DNA of 64,000 bases, taken from assembly GCF_009914755.1 (NCBI RefSeq), contig NC_060925.1, one strand, 5' to 3'. This document shows, piece by piece, positions 61,201-64,000 of this stretch. The stretch comes from the human T2T-CHM13v2.0 reference genome, Homo sapiens. Made by a program: the position numbers and the translations under genes. Below the pieces are notes generated by a model. It saw only the letters and a list, made by a program, of their open reading frames with translations. It was not told the origin of the DNA and did no database searches. Numbering within the stretch: position 1 is the stretch's first letter; the number at the start of each line of letters is the position of its first letter.

Positions 61201-62765
61201 AGTTACCTGAACTGAATTCAGTTGCCTGAATTGACGCTTTTGTGAAATGGAATCTTTCCAAGTCAAAGCTTGGATTGAAATTTCACTGACTGGTTTTTAT
61301 GAGATCACTTAGGGTCTCAAATACTTTATGTAGAGGTGCATTGATCATATTTTACACTTATGTGTGACTTATGGGCAACTTTTAGCACCCTTATCCCTCT
61401 GGAGTTTTGGAATGCTATTTGTGAGGTTTATAACTTCATAAATATTTATTGAACATCTACTACCTGCCAGGTAGTAGTCTAGATGGTAGAGTATACAGTA
61501 AGGAACAAGCTATATAAGGTCCTTTCTCTGTTGGAGCTTACTTTCTTTGGGATATTAGACATTGAATTAGGCTATTTCAGATAAGATAGTACTTGTGAAA
61601 GATCTATAACAAATTCTTTTGGATGTGTCTAGTGTCCTTCCCTACTGCATGTCCAGATCTTTCTCATCTTCATTTGAAGGCTGGCTCAAATGGCAGCTTC
61701 TCCATCATATCCTTATCTGATCCTTCCAGCTGATATATTACTCCCCTCTTTGAAATCTCATGCCTCTCTATCAGCAACTTTCTTATGTCACCTTAACATT
61801 TTTTTCTATTTGTTTCATAGTTGTTAGTGCATATGTTAAGTCTCCCCATTAGACTATAAATTACTGAGGGCAGGCCGGGCACAGTGGCTCACGCCTGTAA
61901 TCCTAGCACTTTGGGAGGCCAAGGCGGGTGGATTACTTGAGGTCAAGAGTTCAAGACCATCCTAGCCAACACAGTGAAACCCTGTCGCTACTAAAACTAC
62001 AAAAAATTAGCTGGGCATGGTGGCGCACACCTATAACCCTAGCTACTTGGGAGGCAGGAGAATCCCTTGAACCCAACAGGGTGGAGCTTGCAGTGAGCTG
62101 AGATCCTGCCACTGCACTCCAGCCTGGGTGACATTGTAAGACTTTGTCTGAAAAAAAAAAAATTATTGAGGGAAGAGTAAACATCCTATTCATCTTGGTT
62201 TGGGATATTTCACATGCAGGCAGCAGGATGTTGTAGGAAAAAAACACACTGAACTTAGAACCAGAAGGATCAGATAAGGATATGATGGAGTACTGGCTTC
62301 TCTATTCACTGGCCGTGTGACTAGACAAGTCATTTAGCTTCACTGAAACTAAGTTTTCTATCTCTAAGCGTGTAGTAATCATCCTTCTATTCCTGAATAG
62401 TTGTCGGGAGGCTCAAACTGAGATAATGTATGTGACTATCCTTTGCTAATTCTAACTTTCTACACACAGTATCATAGTAAATATTGAGTATTTGAATGAG
62501 TAAGCATTTACTTTAGTGAACACCTTTTCCTGAGCAGTTCTCTTGCTTAATGAGGTCTTTTGATTTTGTAAATATGCTACTTTTTTATCTGATATTTTTG
62601 TATTGTTCCATTTTGCAGATGACATCTAATTTTATTAAATTATTCTGTTCCTGAGAATTGGCATCCTCTTCATCCACCTGGGGATGACCAGGAATTTTCT
62701 GTTTTTTTCTCTGTAGGTGCTATTTAATATTTAAATAACAAATGACATTTGATCTGTTTCAGCAG

Positions 62766-62775
62766 GTGGTCCATT
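62766..62775 (+). other. CAP1: CAP1 exon 2 5'UTR portion (starts at 62763 if the proximal AG is used)
   Basis: TTTCAGCAG|GTGGTCCATT-ATG; strong Kozak context (A at -3, G at +4). Confidence 0.85.
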
Positions 62776-62887
62776 ATGGCTGACATGCAAAATCTGGTAG
62801 AAAGATTGGAGAGGGCAGTGGGCCGCCTGGAGGCAGTATCTCATACCTCTGACATGCACCGTGGGTATGCAGACAGTCCTTCAAAAG
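62776..62887 (+). CDS. CAP1: CAP1 first coding exon (aa 1-37, N-terminal oligomerisation coiled coil with RLE motifs)
   Basis: Translates to [37 protein letters not shown], which I recognise as the human CAP1 N-terminus; donor AAG|GTAAGC at 62887|62888, phase 1. Confidence 0.98.
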
Positions 62888-63495
62888 GTAAGCAGTCCAC
62901 AGCCCAGCAGAATGCTTTCTTTGAGCGTCTTGGCCTGAAAATTTTCTATTATTCTCTCCTTTGGCGCTAACTTCCCAAAACTTAATCTAGAAAGTTTACC
63001 TTTTGTAATTTGTATTGCTGTGAACAGATAAGAGAGGAAATGACTTGTACAGGGAGGCCTGTGGTTAAGTTATTTTAACACAAGAACTTCCTGCTTGTGC
63101 AATATTTCCTGCTCTTTCTTTAGCAGAATGACTCCAATGTAAGTCAAATGACAAGTGATAATAAAATTCCTCTCTCCAAACAATTGGCAAATTGGACATT
63201 TTGCACATGCACCAGTTGGAACATAGAATGTTAGCACTAAAAAAAACCTTGGAGGATCATTTTGTTTATTTTCATTTTATAGATAAAGAAAATTAAGCTC
63301 AGAGAGGAAAAGGAATTTAGTCAGGGTCACACAACCAGTTAGTGGTGATACTGGACCTGGAACCCAGGTTTCCTTACTCCTGTTCTGTATCCTGTTGACT
63401 GTATTACCTTGCCTCCCCACTTTCATGTAGAAGCACGTTTTAAAGAAGCCTCCTTCTGATGCATGGCTGATTCTTTGTGGTGTGTTTGTCTTTAG

Positions 63496-63599
63496 CAGGA
63501 GCAGCTCCATATGTGCAGGCATTTGACTCGCTGCTTGCTGGTCCTGTGGCAGAGTACTTGAAGATCAGTAAAGAGATTGGGGGAGACGTGCAGAAACAT
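63496..63599 (+). CDS. CAP1: CAP1 second coding exon (aa 38-72, start of helical folded domain)
   Basis: Acceptor TTTGTCTTTAG|CAG; translates [35 protein letters not shown]; 112+104=216 nt = 72 codons; donor CAT|GTAAGG at 63599|63600. Confidence 0.97.
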
Positions 63600-64000
63600 G
63601 TAAGGATGTTTTGCCTTTTTCCCCTTCTTTTAAGGACTAACAGCTTTCTTCAGTCAGCCAAGGTCCTCATCCTTGGTTTAAGAGCTCCTTGAGAAGTTCC
63701 TCTTGGTTTGGGGCATTACACATGTTCTTTCTCTTTTGCCTGTACTGAGGAGTTCAGTCCAGCCACAGAAACGATTCCTCATTTTTTTCTAGGCCCCTTG
63801 CTTTTATCACGTATTTATACAGAAAGCTTGCTTGGTACATAAAATATGGTTCTGTTCATCTTTGTAGTGAAGAATATGCACCAGTTTGATCCCAACATAT
63901 TACATAATCAAACCTACAGTGGCTTATTTAAAGGAGTCATTATCATGACTTAGCATTTATAAAACTATGCTTGATAGTTATTAGTTATGCTAATGTGGGT

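Noticed and set aside
61198-61234. 19-bp tandem duplication containing the palindrome AACTGAATTCAGTT
   Set aside because: Short enough to be ordinary slippage; no functional evidence
62749-62970. ORF-track 73-aa protein starting MICFSRWSI and the 71-aa ORF at 63477-63692
   Set aside because: Only 62776-62887 and 63496-63599 are CAP1 exons; the extensions are intronic read-through

Overview
Primate (almost certainly human) euchromatic DNA, very Alu-dense (>70 Alu copies/fragments by eye) with L1, L2, MIR, MaLR/ERV LTR and DNA-transposon fossils. The only protein-coding gene I can support is CAP1 (adenylyl cyclase-associated protein 1, + strand): CpG-island promoter and 5'UTR exons at ~43.0-44.8 kb, an ~18 kb first intron, and the first two coding exons (62776-62887, 63496-63599); the gene runs off the right edge. 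1-43 kb is intergenic and holds a full-length young SVA (E/F-like) and an AluYb8. Nearly all entries in the ORF track are Alu/SVA/L1 read-throughs. I see no novel gene system. The most interesting signal is structural. A ~4 kb fossil complex rearrangement at 9.9-14.0 kb has the architecture A-B-[C-B-A]inverted-B-C, with one junction a chimeric Alu and ~1.37 kb inverted arms that look homogenised by gene conversion. There are also several locally templated insertions/inversions: one at 19.0-19.3 kb and a cluster of four at 50.4-53.9 kb in CAP1 intron 1, including a perfect 52-bp inverted repeat. Identities were counted by eye and repeat subfamily names come from remembered consensus sequences, so both need confirmation.
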